Shown: positions 25,545 to 34,112, counted from the first letter of the stretch. The stretch is DNA of 61,573 bases from a virus (IMGVR_UViG_3300036791_000517:1-61573), one strand, 5' to 3'. Notes: generated by a model from the letters alone, not told the origin. Numbers and translations: made by a program.

Positions 25545-25772
25545 TCACGCCGGTTTGTCGGCGTTGCGCAGCTCCTTGTAGTGCGCCAGTTTGCGCTGAT
25601 GAAGCGCCAGCTGCGCGGCCGCGACAGCGTTCGCCAGTTCGACCATGATGCGCTGCTCGGGTGAGCCGACCGCAAACCGCAAGACGAGCCTGCTGGCACG
25701 CAGGCCGAGATGGTGCATCTCGCTCGACGCTCCGCGGTAGTATTTGACAACGGCTTTGCTGATATCATCCAT
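25545..25772 (-). CDS. Hypothetical protein
   Basis: AGGAG SD. Confidence 0.6.
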   Translation of the reverse strand: MDDISKAVVKYYRGASSEMHHLGLRASRLVLRFAVGSPEQRIMVELANAVAAAQLALHQRKLAHYKELRNADKPA

Positions 25773-25781
25773 GTCGTTCTC

Positions 25782-26060
25782 CTAGCGGCATTCCCACTGG
25801 TCCTTGGCCTTGCCCTCGGCCGTGGTTTGCCATTGCATGTTGGTTACGCTGTCGGGCCCGCCCTTGCAGAGCGGGATGATGTGGTCGCGGACATAGCCCG
25901 GGCACGGACCCGTCGACCGGTCGGCCGACGGGCAGGGATGAAGCTGCTGAAACAGCAGCGCGACGTTGCGGTCGCGGGCTTCGACCCACTGGGTCCGGCC
26001 ATCCTCACAGAGGGTGACCGAACACAGCAGGACGATGACGATGGCAATGAGCCAGCGCAT
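25782..26060 (-). CDS. HNH-fold protein with N-terminal signal peptide
   Basis: MRWLIAIVIVLLCS followed by PCPS...CPGYVRDHIIPLCKGGPDSVTNMQWQT...KD. Confidence 0.75.
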   Translation of the reverse strand: MRWLIAIVIVLLCSVTLCEDGRTQWVEARDRNVALLFQQLHPCPSADRSTGPCPGYVRDHIIPLCKGGPDSVTNMQWQTTAEGKAKDQWECR

Positions 26061-26257
26061 CATTTGAGATCAGTTTGTTGGAGCGCGAACTCGACCATCT
26101 GGCGGACGGTCGCGTCGAATGATCTGATCTCCTGACGCAACCCGACGATCTGCCGCACAAGCTCGATCATGATGCGATCGGTGATGTCGGGCTCGGTCAG
26201 TTGATCGTGAGTGTCAAGCTTGTCGATGCGTTTGAGTTCGTTGTCCAAGTCAGCCAT
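26060..26257 (-). CDS. Hypothetical protein
   Basis: AGGAG SD downstream of family A site 26279. Confidence 0.65.
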   Translation of the reverse strand: MADLDNELKRIDKLDTHDQLTEPDITDRIMIELVRQIVGLRQEIRSFDATVRQMVEFALQQTDLK

Positions 26258-26292
26258 GGCAGTTCTCCTGTTTCTCTCTTGACATAATGTCA

Positions 26293-26428
26293 GGGGAAAC
26301 GGGGAAGCCCTAACGTCATCCGCCGAGGATCATCGGCATAGACGGCTACTTGAGCTCCCCCATCCCCCGGCCAGCGGGAGAGATTGCTGGCCGGTTCTGC
26401 CGGAGATGTAGGTTCAGTCCGGCAGAAG
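26293..26428 (-). ncRNA. Putative structured RNA leader, copy 1 of AGCCGUC/GAUGACGUU motif plus two hairpins
   Basis: Three consecutive stems in an intergenic region. The core is shared with 27006-27070. Confidence 0.45.
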
Positions 26429-26437
26429 CTGCTTAGT

Positions 26438-26968
26438 TTAGACGATCACGAGACGACGGCGTGCCGTCTCGGGCTGTGACGTGCCCGGCTGCGGCTCCTC
26501 GACCGGCTCCGGAGGTGTCGGGGCCGGTTCCTTGACCGGCTCGGGCACCGGCATCGGCGTCGGCTCGGTGGCGATGCCTTCCTCGATTGCCATCGCGACC
26601 TTGTTCATGCCCGGCAGACCGGTGATCACCGGCATGCCGAGACGGACACGAGTGCCTGCCATGAGCCACGACAGGTGGGCACGCTGGCCATCAGGGAAGG
26701 TGATCACCTCGTGATGGAGGCGAACCTTGAGGTTGGTCGCTCCGTTCCAGCGCTGGACCAGAGGGCCGCTGCGCACCCAGCGATGGTCGACCGTCACCTT
26801 GTCGATGACGATCTCCACCTGCGGTCGACGGATGCAGACCAAGCGGTCGTCGACCGACGGATCGGCCGGGTAGAGCCCCTTGAGCGAGTAGTTGGGGATC
26901 TGCCTGACGACCAGATCCTCGTGCGCGGTTGCCAGTCGATGGGCAACATAGATTGAACCTTCACACAT
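26438..26968 (-). CDS. MCxxS-type hypothetical protein, paralog 2
   Basis: MCEGSI...LVCI...HHEVITFPDGQRAHLSWLMAG with a Pro/Glu tail. GAGG SD. Confidence 0.75.
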   Translation of the reverse strand: MCEGSIYVAHRLATAHEDLVVRQIPNYSLKGLYPADPSVDDRLVCIRRPQVEIVIDKVTVDHRWVRSGPLVQRWNGATNLKVRLHHEVITFPDGQRAHLSWLMAGTRVRLGMPVITGLPGMNKVAMAIEEGIATEPTPMPVPEPVKEPAPTPPEPVEEPQPGTSQPETARRRLVIV

Positions 26969-27005
26969 GATGTTTACCTCTTGACATGATGTTAAGCGAC
27001 ATGAC

Positions 27006-27070
27006 GGCAAACCGTGTCGAACGTCATCACGGATGTCATCCCGTTGGACGGCTGATAGACACGGCTTGCC
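27006..27070 (-). ncRNA. Putative structured RNA, copy 2 of AGCCGUC/GAUGACGUU motif
   Basis: 13-bp outer stem GGCAAGCCGUGUC/GACACGGUUUGCC enclosing the conserved core. Confidence 0.45.
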
Positions 27071-27107
27071 ACGACCTGCCGTCGTCTTTCTTACGGCAGG
27101 AAGTCTC

Positions 27108-27935
27108 TCACGCTACCTCGTCGACCGGATCGTCTTTGGTCGGCACGGACGTGGTGATTTTAGGTTTCTTACTTGACTTGGCCTTGGTGGTGTCCGGCTT
27201 GGCTGCTTTCAGTTTCTTCTTGCCTTTGGGCGGCTGCGGCTGCGCCCGCATCTTGGTGGTGCCGCCCAAGGTGGCGACGCGCTGTTCTAGAAGCTCGCAG
27301 GCCTCGTAGACGTCGTGGTAGTTGTGACCCTCGTTGAACTTGATCAGCAGGGCCCGCAAGCTCCACAGCCGGTTGGCCAGCGTCTCGTCCGACTGCTTGC
27401 GTTTGTGCGGCTCCTTGCCCTGCATAGCGCGCTTGATCTGGGGCTCGCTCAGTTCTTTGGTCGGGGCGTCGTTCTGGGCCCGGGCGAATGCCAGATAAAG
27501 CTCCCACGCCCGGCCCTTGATCTTGCCGTCGGCACGCCAGCCCTTCATATGCTCGCGCGCCGTGTTGAGCATGGCCGGGCCGTCGATCGCCGGGTTGCGG
27601 CCGAGCACGATGAAGTGCTTGAGCTCGCTGGCGCGCTGCTTGAACTGCTGGGTGTTGCCGTAGTCCTCGTCGCCATAGTCGCCCATCTCCTCGCCCGAGC
27701 CGCCCGAGATCTCGCCCCACGCCCGGGTATTGTCGGCCGGTTCGAGCAAGCCCTCCTTGGCTTTCTGGCAAACATACTCGGCCGCCTTCATGCGCGCCGT
27801 CTTGCCCTTGCCCTCGGTGCGGCCAAGCTCGCGCAGATGGGCAAAGATGGCATCGCGTTCGGGATTGGTGTTTGATCCAGGCGTCGGCTGGTCGGTGGTG
27901 CTGTTTGACACGATGTCAACTTTAGGTTCGCTCAT
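27108..27935 (-). CDS. Hypothetical early protein
   Basis: 275 aa, AGGAG SD, Lys-rich tail. Confidence 0.8.
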   Translation of the reverse strand: MSEPKVDIVSNSTTDQPTPGSNTNPERDAIFAHLRELGRTEGKGKTARMKAAEYVCQKAKEGLLEPADNTRAWGEISGGSGEEMGDYGDEDYGNTQQFKQRASELKHFIVLGRNPAIDGPAMLNTAREHMKGWRADGKIKGRAWELYLAFARAQNDAPTKELSEPQIKRAMQGKEPHKRKQSDETLANRLWSLRALLIKFNEGHNYHDVYEACELLEQRVATLGGTTKMRAQPQPPKGKKKLKAAKPDTTKAKSSKKPKITTSVPTKDDPVDEVA

Positions 27936-28048
27936 GGTTCACTCCTGTTGTGGCTCGCGACGGTACAGGTCATTTTTGGTCCGGCCCGCGAGCCAGCAGC
28001 CAGACACGACTGAACCCCGCACGCCCATGATGGGGTGCGGGGTCTTTG

Positions 28049-28249
28049 TCATCTCCTCATGCCTATACCCATGTTGCGGGCGTTGCGGTCGGCACGGCGT
28101 GCCGCGCTTGACACGCTGTCCAGCTCACGGTGCAGCCATACGATCTCGTCGATCAGCAGCAGCACCGTGCGCCTGAGGTTCTCGGTGGTCGGGCCATCCT
28201 TCTCGATGATGCGCACCATCGATTGGAGCGGTCGGATATCGCGTGGCAT
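28049..28249 (-). CDS. Hypothetical protein
   Basis: TGATG coupling, GGAGG SD. Confidence 0.6.
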   Translation of the reverse strand: MPRDIRPLQSMVRIIEKDGPTTENLRRTVLLLIDEIVWLHRELDSVSSAARRADRNARNMGIGMRR

Positions 28250-28461
28250 CAGTGCACCTCCGTGTCGTCGACCTCACCCTTGAGCCGCCAACGAATGCGC
28301 AGGCGTTCGTCGATCGGCGCGTCGAACAGGCTGACCAGCGCCGCCTCGATGGTCGGCTGCACCATCCCGGCAAGGCTGTTGCCGGGCCGGATGACGTTGG
28401 TGATGTCGTGCGCGTCCAACGGCGTCTCGAAACAGACGCCGATCACCAGGTGCATCTTCAT
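28249..28461 (-). CDS. Hypothetical protein
   Basis: ATGA coupling. Confidence 0.6.
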   Translation of the reverse strand: MKMHLVIGVCFETPLDAHDITNVIRPGNSLAGMVQPTIEAALVSLFDAPIDERLRIRWRLKGEVDDTEVH

Positions 28462-28824
28462 GCGTCACCTTCGACCTTGCCGTTGGCCAGCGGCAGACGG
28501 TGAGCATCGCGCAGCCGCTGCACGTCGGGGTCGATCCTTCGGCTGGGCTCAGGACAGGTGATCTTGATGCGGGCTAGCGGCTGGTTGGTTACAACGAGCT
28601 GCTCACGCTTGCGGTAACGCTCGTGCAAGGCACGCTCGCGGCGCTTGCGCTCGCGCGCATCGGCAAAGGCCGCCGCTTCGAGGATGGAGCGCACCTCGAC
28701 CAGATCGTCGTGCGCCGCACGATGCAGGGCACGGCCAACCCACCATGACAGGGGGATGCCGCGCAGTTCGGCCGCGCGCACCATTGATGGGCTGACGGTT
28801 ACTCGTATGTTCTTTCTTGACATG
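28458..28824 (-). CDS. Basic hypothetical protein (possible ribbon-helix-helix N-terminus)
   Basis: MSRKNIRVTVSPSMVRAAELRGIPLSWWVGRAL. AAGGA SD, with the start inside a family A palindrome. Confidence 0.55.
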
Positions 28825-28992
28825 ATGTTAATCCTTTCTATTGACAGGCAGTGGGCTGGCCGTACTTGCCGGGGCTGCCCCGGCATAGATCGGCATCGTC
28901 AGCGATGGTGCCGCCGGGAGTGCTAAAAGCCAACCACATAAGAGCAGCCGTGATGATTGCTGCCCAGATCGTCCAACGGATTTCCTCGGCCA

Positions 28993-29199
28993 TCACAGCA
29001 CCCGCACGACAACACCGTCCTTGACCTCGCAGCGGGCATACCACTTGTGGGGCGACGGATAGTGCGGACCCTCGACGTAGATGGTGCCATCGCTTGGTGT
29101 CGTGCCAATACCGGCCGGTTGATAGTAGGTCACCCGCTCGCCAGCCTTGACGGCAACGACGAGATCCTTCTTCGATTTGAAATCACGCGTGGTGTACAT
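28993..29199 (-). CDS. Small conserved hypothetical protein
   Basis: MYTTRDFKSKK.L..AV...EGPHYP.PH.WYA...VKDG. AGGAG SD. Confidence 0.65.
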   Translation of the reverse strand: MYTTRDFKSKKDLVVAVKAGERVTYYQPAGIGTTPSDGTIYVEGPHYPSPHKWYARCEVKDGVVVRVL

Positions 29200-29234
29200 C
29201 GATCGTCTCCTGTGGTTGTAGTGTTGATATGATG

Positions 29235-29447
29235 TCAACGTGCCGTTGTGTTGCCCCTGTTGAGCGTGCTGGTCGGACTGAGCTTCAGCTTGAGCTTGGC
29301 GAGCTCGCCGTCGATGCGGTCGACCGCCTCGGCAAGATTGAGCAGACCATCCTGCCAGGCGGCAACGTGCATCCTGATGTCGGCCATGATCGACAGTGTG
29401 GATGACGCGGCAGGTTTGTGCTTGGTGGTGTCTGATGGGTTTTTCAT
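29235..29447 (-). CDS. Hypothetical protein, first gene after promoter 29525
   Basis: AAGGAG SD + ATG (MKNPSD...). Confidence 0.55.
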   Translation of the reverse strand: MKNPSDTTKHKPAASSTLSIMADIRMHVAAWQDGLLNLAEAVDRIDGELAKLKLKLSPTSTLNRGNTTAR

Positions 29448-29496
29448 TTGACAGTCTCCTTCACTTAACGAGATTGCTGCTCTTTCGATGGTGAGC

Positions 29497-29525
29497 AGCT
29501 TACCATTTTCCTGACATAATGTCAA
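29497..29525 (-). promoter_or_regulatory. Sigma70-type promoter with family A palindrome as -35 and family B site just upstream
   Basis: TTGACA-17 nt-TAAGCT with extended TG. TAACTCCCGGGGTTA at 29538-29552. Confidence 0.7.
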
Positions 29526-29687
29526 GAGGAAAGTTCTTAACTCCCGGGGTTACGCGTAGTTTCTTTTAGTAACCACAATGATCGTGTGGTCTTTACGGCA
29601 AGGTTAAGTCCAGCAGAAAGTTTTGTCTGGACGTATTAGATGTGCAACGAGCGGCTATCGTGCCTGCGACGCGCGCAACAGGTCACA

Positions 29688-29933
29688 TCAGCACCGCTTC
29701 CATACGATATCGCTACCGGCAGGCAAGTGCGTTTTCGGCGTGGGGATTACTTCGTATCCCAGCCGGTCGATCTCTTCCTCGGCGTAACCACGCGAAGGAA
29801 AAGAGCGGCGTAGCCACGCAATGTCGCCGGTTGGCGTACAGATGAAAATGTACCAGCGACCGTAACGACGACGGCAGGTTGCGTAAGCTTGCGGCGTATA
29901 CGGCCTTCCGGGGACGTAAGTCATGCGCACCAT
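29688..29933 (-). CDS. Hypothetical protein
   Basis: 81-aa ORF with AAAGG immediately upstream. Confidence 0.4.
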   Translation of the reverse strand: MVRMTYVPGRPYTPQAYATCRRRYGRWYIFICTPTGDIAWLRRSFPSRGYAEEEIDRLGYEVIPTPKTHLPAGSDIVWKRC

Positions 29934-29939
29934 CCTTTG

Positions 29940-30400
29940 TTAGAGAACACACCAAAACCATGTGGTGCGTATAAATTAGCAAATTGTTGAACAATTTCAT
30001 AAGGTTATTATTTTCCATTTGAACACCTACTCGGGCAGAAATATGTCGCAACCACAAAATTTAACCGACTTTCCATTAAACACGGCCCGTACCTATCATC
30101 ATGCAACTCACTTTTTATGTGCTAGACAGTAGGTGTTAGAAAGTAGGTGTATTGGTGTATACGAAATTACCATTAAACCCCAATAAGCTCTAAGTGCCTG
30201 ATATAATGTGACTATTAGACTCTCACAATATAACTGAATAAGCACCTAGGTGTGAGTATACGCACCAGAACAATACACCCACTAACACACCCACTGTTGG
30301 TTTTGCCCGGTGTGTTGCCCGTTTTGCCGTCTTTTATGTACAAAAGAAACTTTTCATTAAACGTACATTAGAAACATTCTAATGTACACCGGTTTGGCCA
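29940..30400. other. AT-rich non-coding region (candidate origin or packaging/terminus region)
   Basis: Sharp drop in GC, repeated AGGTGT/ACACC elements, no convincing ORF. Confidence 0.5.
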
Positions 30401-30452
30401 TTGACACGATGTCAAGTCGTAACCCCTGGGGTTAAGGCTTACCTCTGTACAT

Positions 30453-30608
30453 TGCCCTCGACGCGCCGCCCGCTGCCATCCGTGCCCTCGACGCGCATTA
30501 CACGTCACATTTGCCGCGGCCGCGACGCGCGGACACGACGAAACCCCGCGCTCGCGCGCGGGGTGGAGGCGGACACGACGAAACCCCGCAGCGCAAGCTG
30601 CGGGGTTC
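30453..30608. repeat. Paired direct repeats and terminator-like hairpins
   Basis: tgccctcgacgcgc x2 (30453, 30483). gcggacacgacgaaaccccgc x2 (30529, 30569), each opening a GC hairpin. Confidence 0.7.
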
Positions 30609-30648
30609 GCACCAACGTGACAGGGATTTCTCTGTGCCACGTAGCTTC

Positions 30649-31392
30649 CTAGTTAGTCGGCTGGGTTGGCGTGCCGTTGCTCGCGGCGAGCTTCGCCTTC
30701 AACAACGCGATTTCATCGGCGCGTGACAGTCCGGTGGATGCGGCCGACACATCGCACGACTCCTTCAACGCCTTGACCGCATCTTGCACGGCCATCAATG
30801 CTAGCCGCTGGCGCGGGTTCGCATTGGCCTGGGCCATCGCGAGCGGGTCGTTCTTCTCGATCCGCTTGTCACTGACAACGCCTTCCCAACGCGTGGCCAG
30901 CGACTTGAGCGGGTTGTCGTCGGTCTTTGGCGTGGGCGTCAGGATGGCAGCCCATTCCTCCGCTGTCGGCTCCTTCTCTTTGTGCTCTTCCATTAGCTTG
31001 CGCAGTTTGGCGCCGCGCGAGTTGAACGGCCCTTTCGTCTTCTCGATCACGTCATCCGCGTATTGCGTCATATCGTAGGCCTTCCAGAAGCCCGCCTCAA
31101 TGAACGCGCCGAACCCGGAAATCCATGACTTGATCGATGATTCGGCCAGCGGATCGCGATGGCCGTTTGATGCGTCACGAAACGCAGTGTTGAACGCAGT
31201 GAAAAGTTTCGCGCCATCCGGCATGGCGTTCGCCTTCGCCTCCTTCGCCCGAAACCCGCACGCATAGCTGAATGTGGCGAAACGCGTGAAGACCGCCACA
31301 TCCGTGAGATTGCCGCTGCCGATTTCCATGGCCATTTTGACCATATCGGCTTCAGTCTTCAACGCCTTCGCAGTGTAGTTGCTGATATCCAT
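30649..31392 (-). CDS. Hypothetical early protein
   Basis: 247 aa, AAAGGAG SD, two perfect family A sites upstream (31415, 31490). Confidence 0.8.
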   Translation of the reverse strand: MDISNYTAKALKTEADMVKMAMEIGSGNLTDVAVFTRFATFSYACGFRAKEAKANAMPDGAKLFTAFNTAFRDASNGHRDPLAESSIKSWISGFGAFIEAGFWKAYDMTQYADDVIEKTKGPFNSRGAKLRKLMEEHKEKEPTAEEWAAILTPTPKTDDNPLKSLATRWEGVVSDKRIEKNDPLAMAQANANPRQRLALMAVQDAVKALKESCDVSAASTGLSRADEIALLKAKLAASNGTPTQPTN

Positions 31393-31604
31393 GATTACGT
31401 CTCCTTTGGTTGGCTTGACATCGTGTCAAGAGGGAAGCTTTCCCTACCCTATGTCAAACGTAATCGGATGCAAAATGGGAAGTGTTCTGTTGACACGATG
31501 TCAAGCGGCCCGAAGCCACGGGCCAGATGGACAGGGGTGGGGGGCCACGCCGGGCGTTTTAGGGGCTTCAAAAATCTGCGTCCCCCAAAATCAAATCTTC
31601 CCTC

Positions 31605-31633
31605 TTGACAAACCCCCGAGGTTAAGCTATATT
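31605..31633 (+). promoter_or_regulatory. Sigma70 promoter with family B palindrome in the spacer
   Basis: TTGACA-17 nt-TATATT. AAACCCCCGAGGTTA at 31610-31624. Confidence 0.85.
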
Positions 31634-31672
31634 GTCTCATGAAGCTTTGGCAACAGACACAAGGAGCGCATA

Positions 31673-32146
31673 GTGGCGTACGACATCCAGCTCAAGTCAG
31701 ACCCTTCTCCGCTGCCGATCAAACCGGCGGTGCTGATCCTCATCCACAAGCGCAAGAAAAAAGTTTACGTCGCCTACACCACCAATGCGCGGGGCCGCGC
31801 CGCCGTGCTCGCCTCGATGATCCGTCATCGCGCGGTGACCGAGCGCCAGCATCTGCGCGATCTGCCCGAGGGCGACGTCAAGGACTTCGTCGTGCTGGCC
31901 AGCCGCATCGATCTTGCGCCGCGTGACGCCGACCGGGCGGTGCGGCGCATTCAGAATGGTTTGCTGCGCGACGGCTACACGTTGTTCGGCGGGCCGCGTT
32001 CGGCCTTGCCGCTGGTCGTCCTCAATGGTCGCCGGATGTCGATTACCCAGGCTATGGCCGAGGCCAAGACCAAGGCCGGTTACCAGACCGTCTATCGCCG
32101 CATCAAGCGCGGCTGGCCGGTCCGTCAGGCGCTCGACTTAGACTAA
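31673..32146 (+). CDS. Putative DNA-binding regulator (degenerate GIY-YIG-like N-terminus, HTH-like C-terminus)
   Basis: KVYVAYTTN..R and SITQA......GYQTVYRRIKRGW...QAL. AAGGAG SD + GTG. Confidence 0.7.
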   Translation: MAYDIQLKSDPSPLPIKPAVLILIHKRKKKVYVAYTTNARGRAAVLASMIRHRAVTERQHLRDLPEGDVKDFVVLASRIDLAPRDADRAVRRIQNGLLRDGYTLFGGPRSALPLVVLNGRRMSITQAMAEAKTKAGYQTVYRRIKRGWPVRQALDLD

Positions 32147-32208
32147 GCTCATTGCGGGTTTGCCCGCTCTCGGGCACACTACTGATCCCTCAACAACAGG
32201 AGATCGCC

Positions 32209-32529
32209 ATGCCGACCGAAGCTGAACAGGCCCAGGCGCTGTACGCCGAGCTCAAGCCGCTCGCCACCGCCGACGCCCGCGAGTATGTTACGGCGCGCAC
32301 CCCGGCCGAGCTGCAGGTCGAGATGACGGCGCTGATCGATGCCGACTTCCCGCCGCCCGCGCCGCTTGCAGACGCCGCCAAGCCTGCCCTGCCGCCGCCT
32401 TATGCGGTCAGCCAGATGGCCGCCCAGCTGGCTGCCGCCGAGGCGGGCACCGCCAAGATCGACGAAGTCAAATCGGACTTTGCACCGCCTGCTCCGCCCC
32501 CGCCACCGGCTCCAGCTCCGACTTCATAG
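32209..32529 (+). CDS. Ala/Pro-rich hypothetical protein
   Basis: AGGAG SD + ATG 32209. Confidence 0.7.
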   Translation: MPTEAEQAQALYAELKPLATADAREYVTARTPAELQVEMTALIDADFPPPAPLADAAKPALPPPYAVSQMAAQLAAAEAGTAKIDEVKSDFAPPAPPPPPAPAPTS

Positions 32530-32661
32530 CGTTCTGACATTCCGGTTGTGCCATAGGCAGACCAGGCTGGCATAGGCGAGACGCCATTGGCCCGCGCGCG
32601 CCCGCTGCACGGCAAACTTGAGGTCGATCAACCAGATCCGGCGCTTCAATTTGGTGCTCAT
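32524..32661 (-). CDS. Small hypothetical protein downstream of terL
   Basis: GAGG SD, MSTKLKRRIW... Confidence 0.45.
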   Translation of the reverse strand: MSTKLKRRIWLIDLKFAVQRARAGQWRLAYASLVCLWHNRNVRTL

Positions 32662-32669
32662 AGCTAACC

Positions 32670-34112
32670 TCACGTCCAACCCGCTGCCGACGGCCGGATG
32701 TCGCGCCTGACCCGGCCTTCCATCGTGCGCGCCCGCGTGATCTTGCGGGCGACCGCCGCCGCCGTGCCGCCCGACGCGCCCATGCAGAGATACTGGTGAG
32801 CATCGGCGACGTGGCTCCATTGGTTCTTTTCGGGCACCGGCTGGGCCTCGCCGATCTGATTGTATTTGAAGCGGTAGGCGCCGTTGAGCGCCACCGTCAA
32901 TTTCGGACATAAAATTCTATTCACCAGCATCGCCGCGGTGCCGCCGCGCGTCTCGGTCATGAAGCGCTCGACCGCGTTGAGCCGCGGTGCCAGCCGGTTC
33001 GACGGCGCCGCCATCGCCATGAAACCGTACGACGTGATGACGTCGTGGCTCGTCAGCTCGTCGTAGCTGCCCTTGGCCATGCCGGACGGGTCGAAAACGA
33101 TGCACACCGGGCAACCGACATAGCGCCGTCCACTCACCACCTGGCGCAGCCGCGGCAGCTGCAGGCGCAGGCCGATATCGTCGGCCGCTACCTCCTCGTG
33201 CACCAGCAGACGCGACGTGCTGTCGAGCTGGCCGAGCACCGCCCACGGGTCGCGCCCGAGATCCAGACCAATCAGAAGCGGCGCACCGGGGATCACCAAC
33301 AGCTCGTCGCGGCAGTGGAACGCCGTGAAGAACATCCCGCTGTACACCGCCGCACCCGACGGGTCGGGGCCGAATTCGGCCATCACGTAGCGCTTGACCC
33401 ACGCCGGGTTGGTGCTGGTCGACAGCCGCTGATAATAGCGCCGCCCCGCCGCCAGCCGCTCGGGGTGATCGAGCGGCAGCTTGAGCGTGTCGGCGGTCTG
33501 CAGCAACCAGTTGAGGTTTTCCGCCTCCGGCGACAACCCCGAGGGCTGCACGAAGATCTGCCACTCGGGCGGCGGGTTGCTGACGCAGGCGTGCCACGCC
33601 GTCAGCTCGGTCGGCATGTTCGAATCGAGCACCATGCCAAACCATGTCGGCGCCGCCGGGAAGCGGCCACACCGACCGGCGATGGCGATCATCAGGTCGT
33701 AGTCGATCTCGATCGCCTCCGAGACGAACGCCCCGGTCAGGTTCATCGACAGGATGCGCTTCTGATCCTCCGGCGTTTCCAGCGGCAGCAGGATCCATTC
33801 GCTCACCACGTCGCCGAACTTGAACCATACCGTGCTTTCGGAAACCTTCCAGTCGGCGATCGGGCCGAACCACTGAATGATGTCTTTCAACACGGTGTTT
33901 TTCAGTTGACTGAGGGTTTGCCGCAGCAAGGCCCAGCGGGTGCGCCGCACACCATCGCTGCCCGCTGCCTGCTCGCAGCTGCGGCGCAGCAGTTCGAACA
34001 GCAGGGTGGTCGTCTTGGCGCTGCCCAGCGGACCCAGGATCATGCGATAGAAGGCATCCGACAGCATCAGCTGCGCGCCGGTCGGCGGCGGTTCAAACGT
34101 GATGTCGATCAT
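32670..34112 (-). CDS. terL: Terminase large subunit
   Basis: GPLGSAKT Walker A, SEA Walker B variant, DSN motif, GLDLG...DPSG...SHVADA RNase H-like nuclease. Confidence 0.93.
   Translation of the reverse strand: MIDITFEPPPTGAQLMLSDAFYRMILGPLGSAKTTTLLFELLRRSCEQAAGSDGVRRTRWALLRQTLSQLKNTVLKDIIQWFGPIADWKVSESTVWFKFGDVVSEWILLPLETPEDQKRILSMNLTGAFVSEAIEIDYDLMIAIAGRCGRFPAAPTWFGMVLDSNMPTELTAWHACVSNPPPEWQIFVQPSGLSPEAENLNWLLQTADTLKLPLDHPERLAAGRRYYQRLSTSTNPAWVKRYVMAEFGPDPSGAAVYSGMFFTAFHCRDELLVIPGAPLLIGLDLGRDPWAVLGQLDSTSRLLVHEEVAADDIGLRLQLPRLRQVVSGRRYVGCPVCIVFDPSGMAKGSYDELTSHDVITSYGFMAMAAPSNRLAPRLNAVERFMTETRGGTAAMLVNRILCPKLTVALNGAYRFKYNQIGEAQPVPEKNQWSHVADAHQYLCMGASGGTAAAVARKITRARTMEGRVRRDIRPSAAGWT

Noticed and set aside
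18598-28831. Palindrome A as a host CtrA (TTAA-N7-TTAA) or FNR/FixK (TTGAT-N4-ATCAA) box
   Set aside because: Only a few variants have one TTAA half. The consensus TTGACA-N3-TGTCAA and its spacing fit neither box, nor matS.
30453-30608. Mini CRISPR array
   Set aside because: Each repeat has only two copies (14 and 21 bp) with short, hairpin-forming spacers. The Cas4-like gene is an ordinary phage exonuclease.
31639-31926. Leaderless 95-aa ORF at the promoter start site
   Set aside because: It overlaps 31673-32146, which has a clear SD and a recognisable domain pattern, and its composition looks like an off-frame translation.
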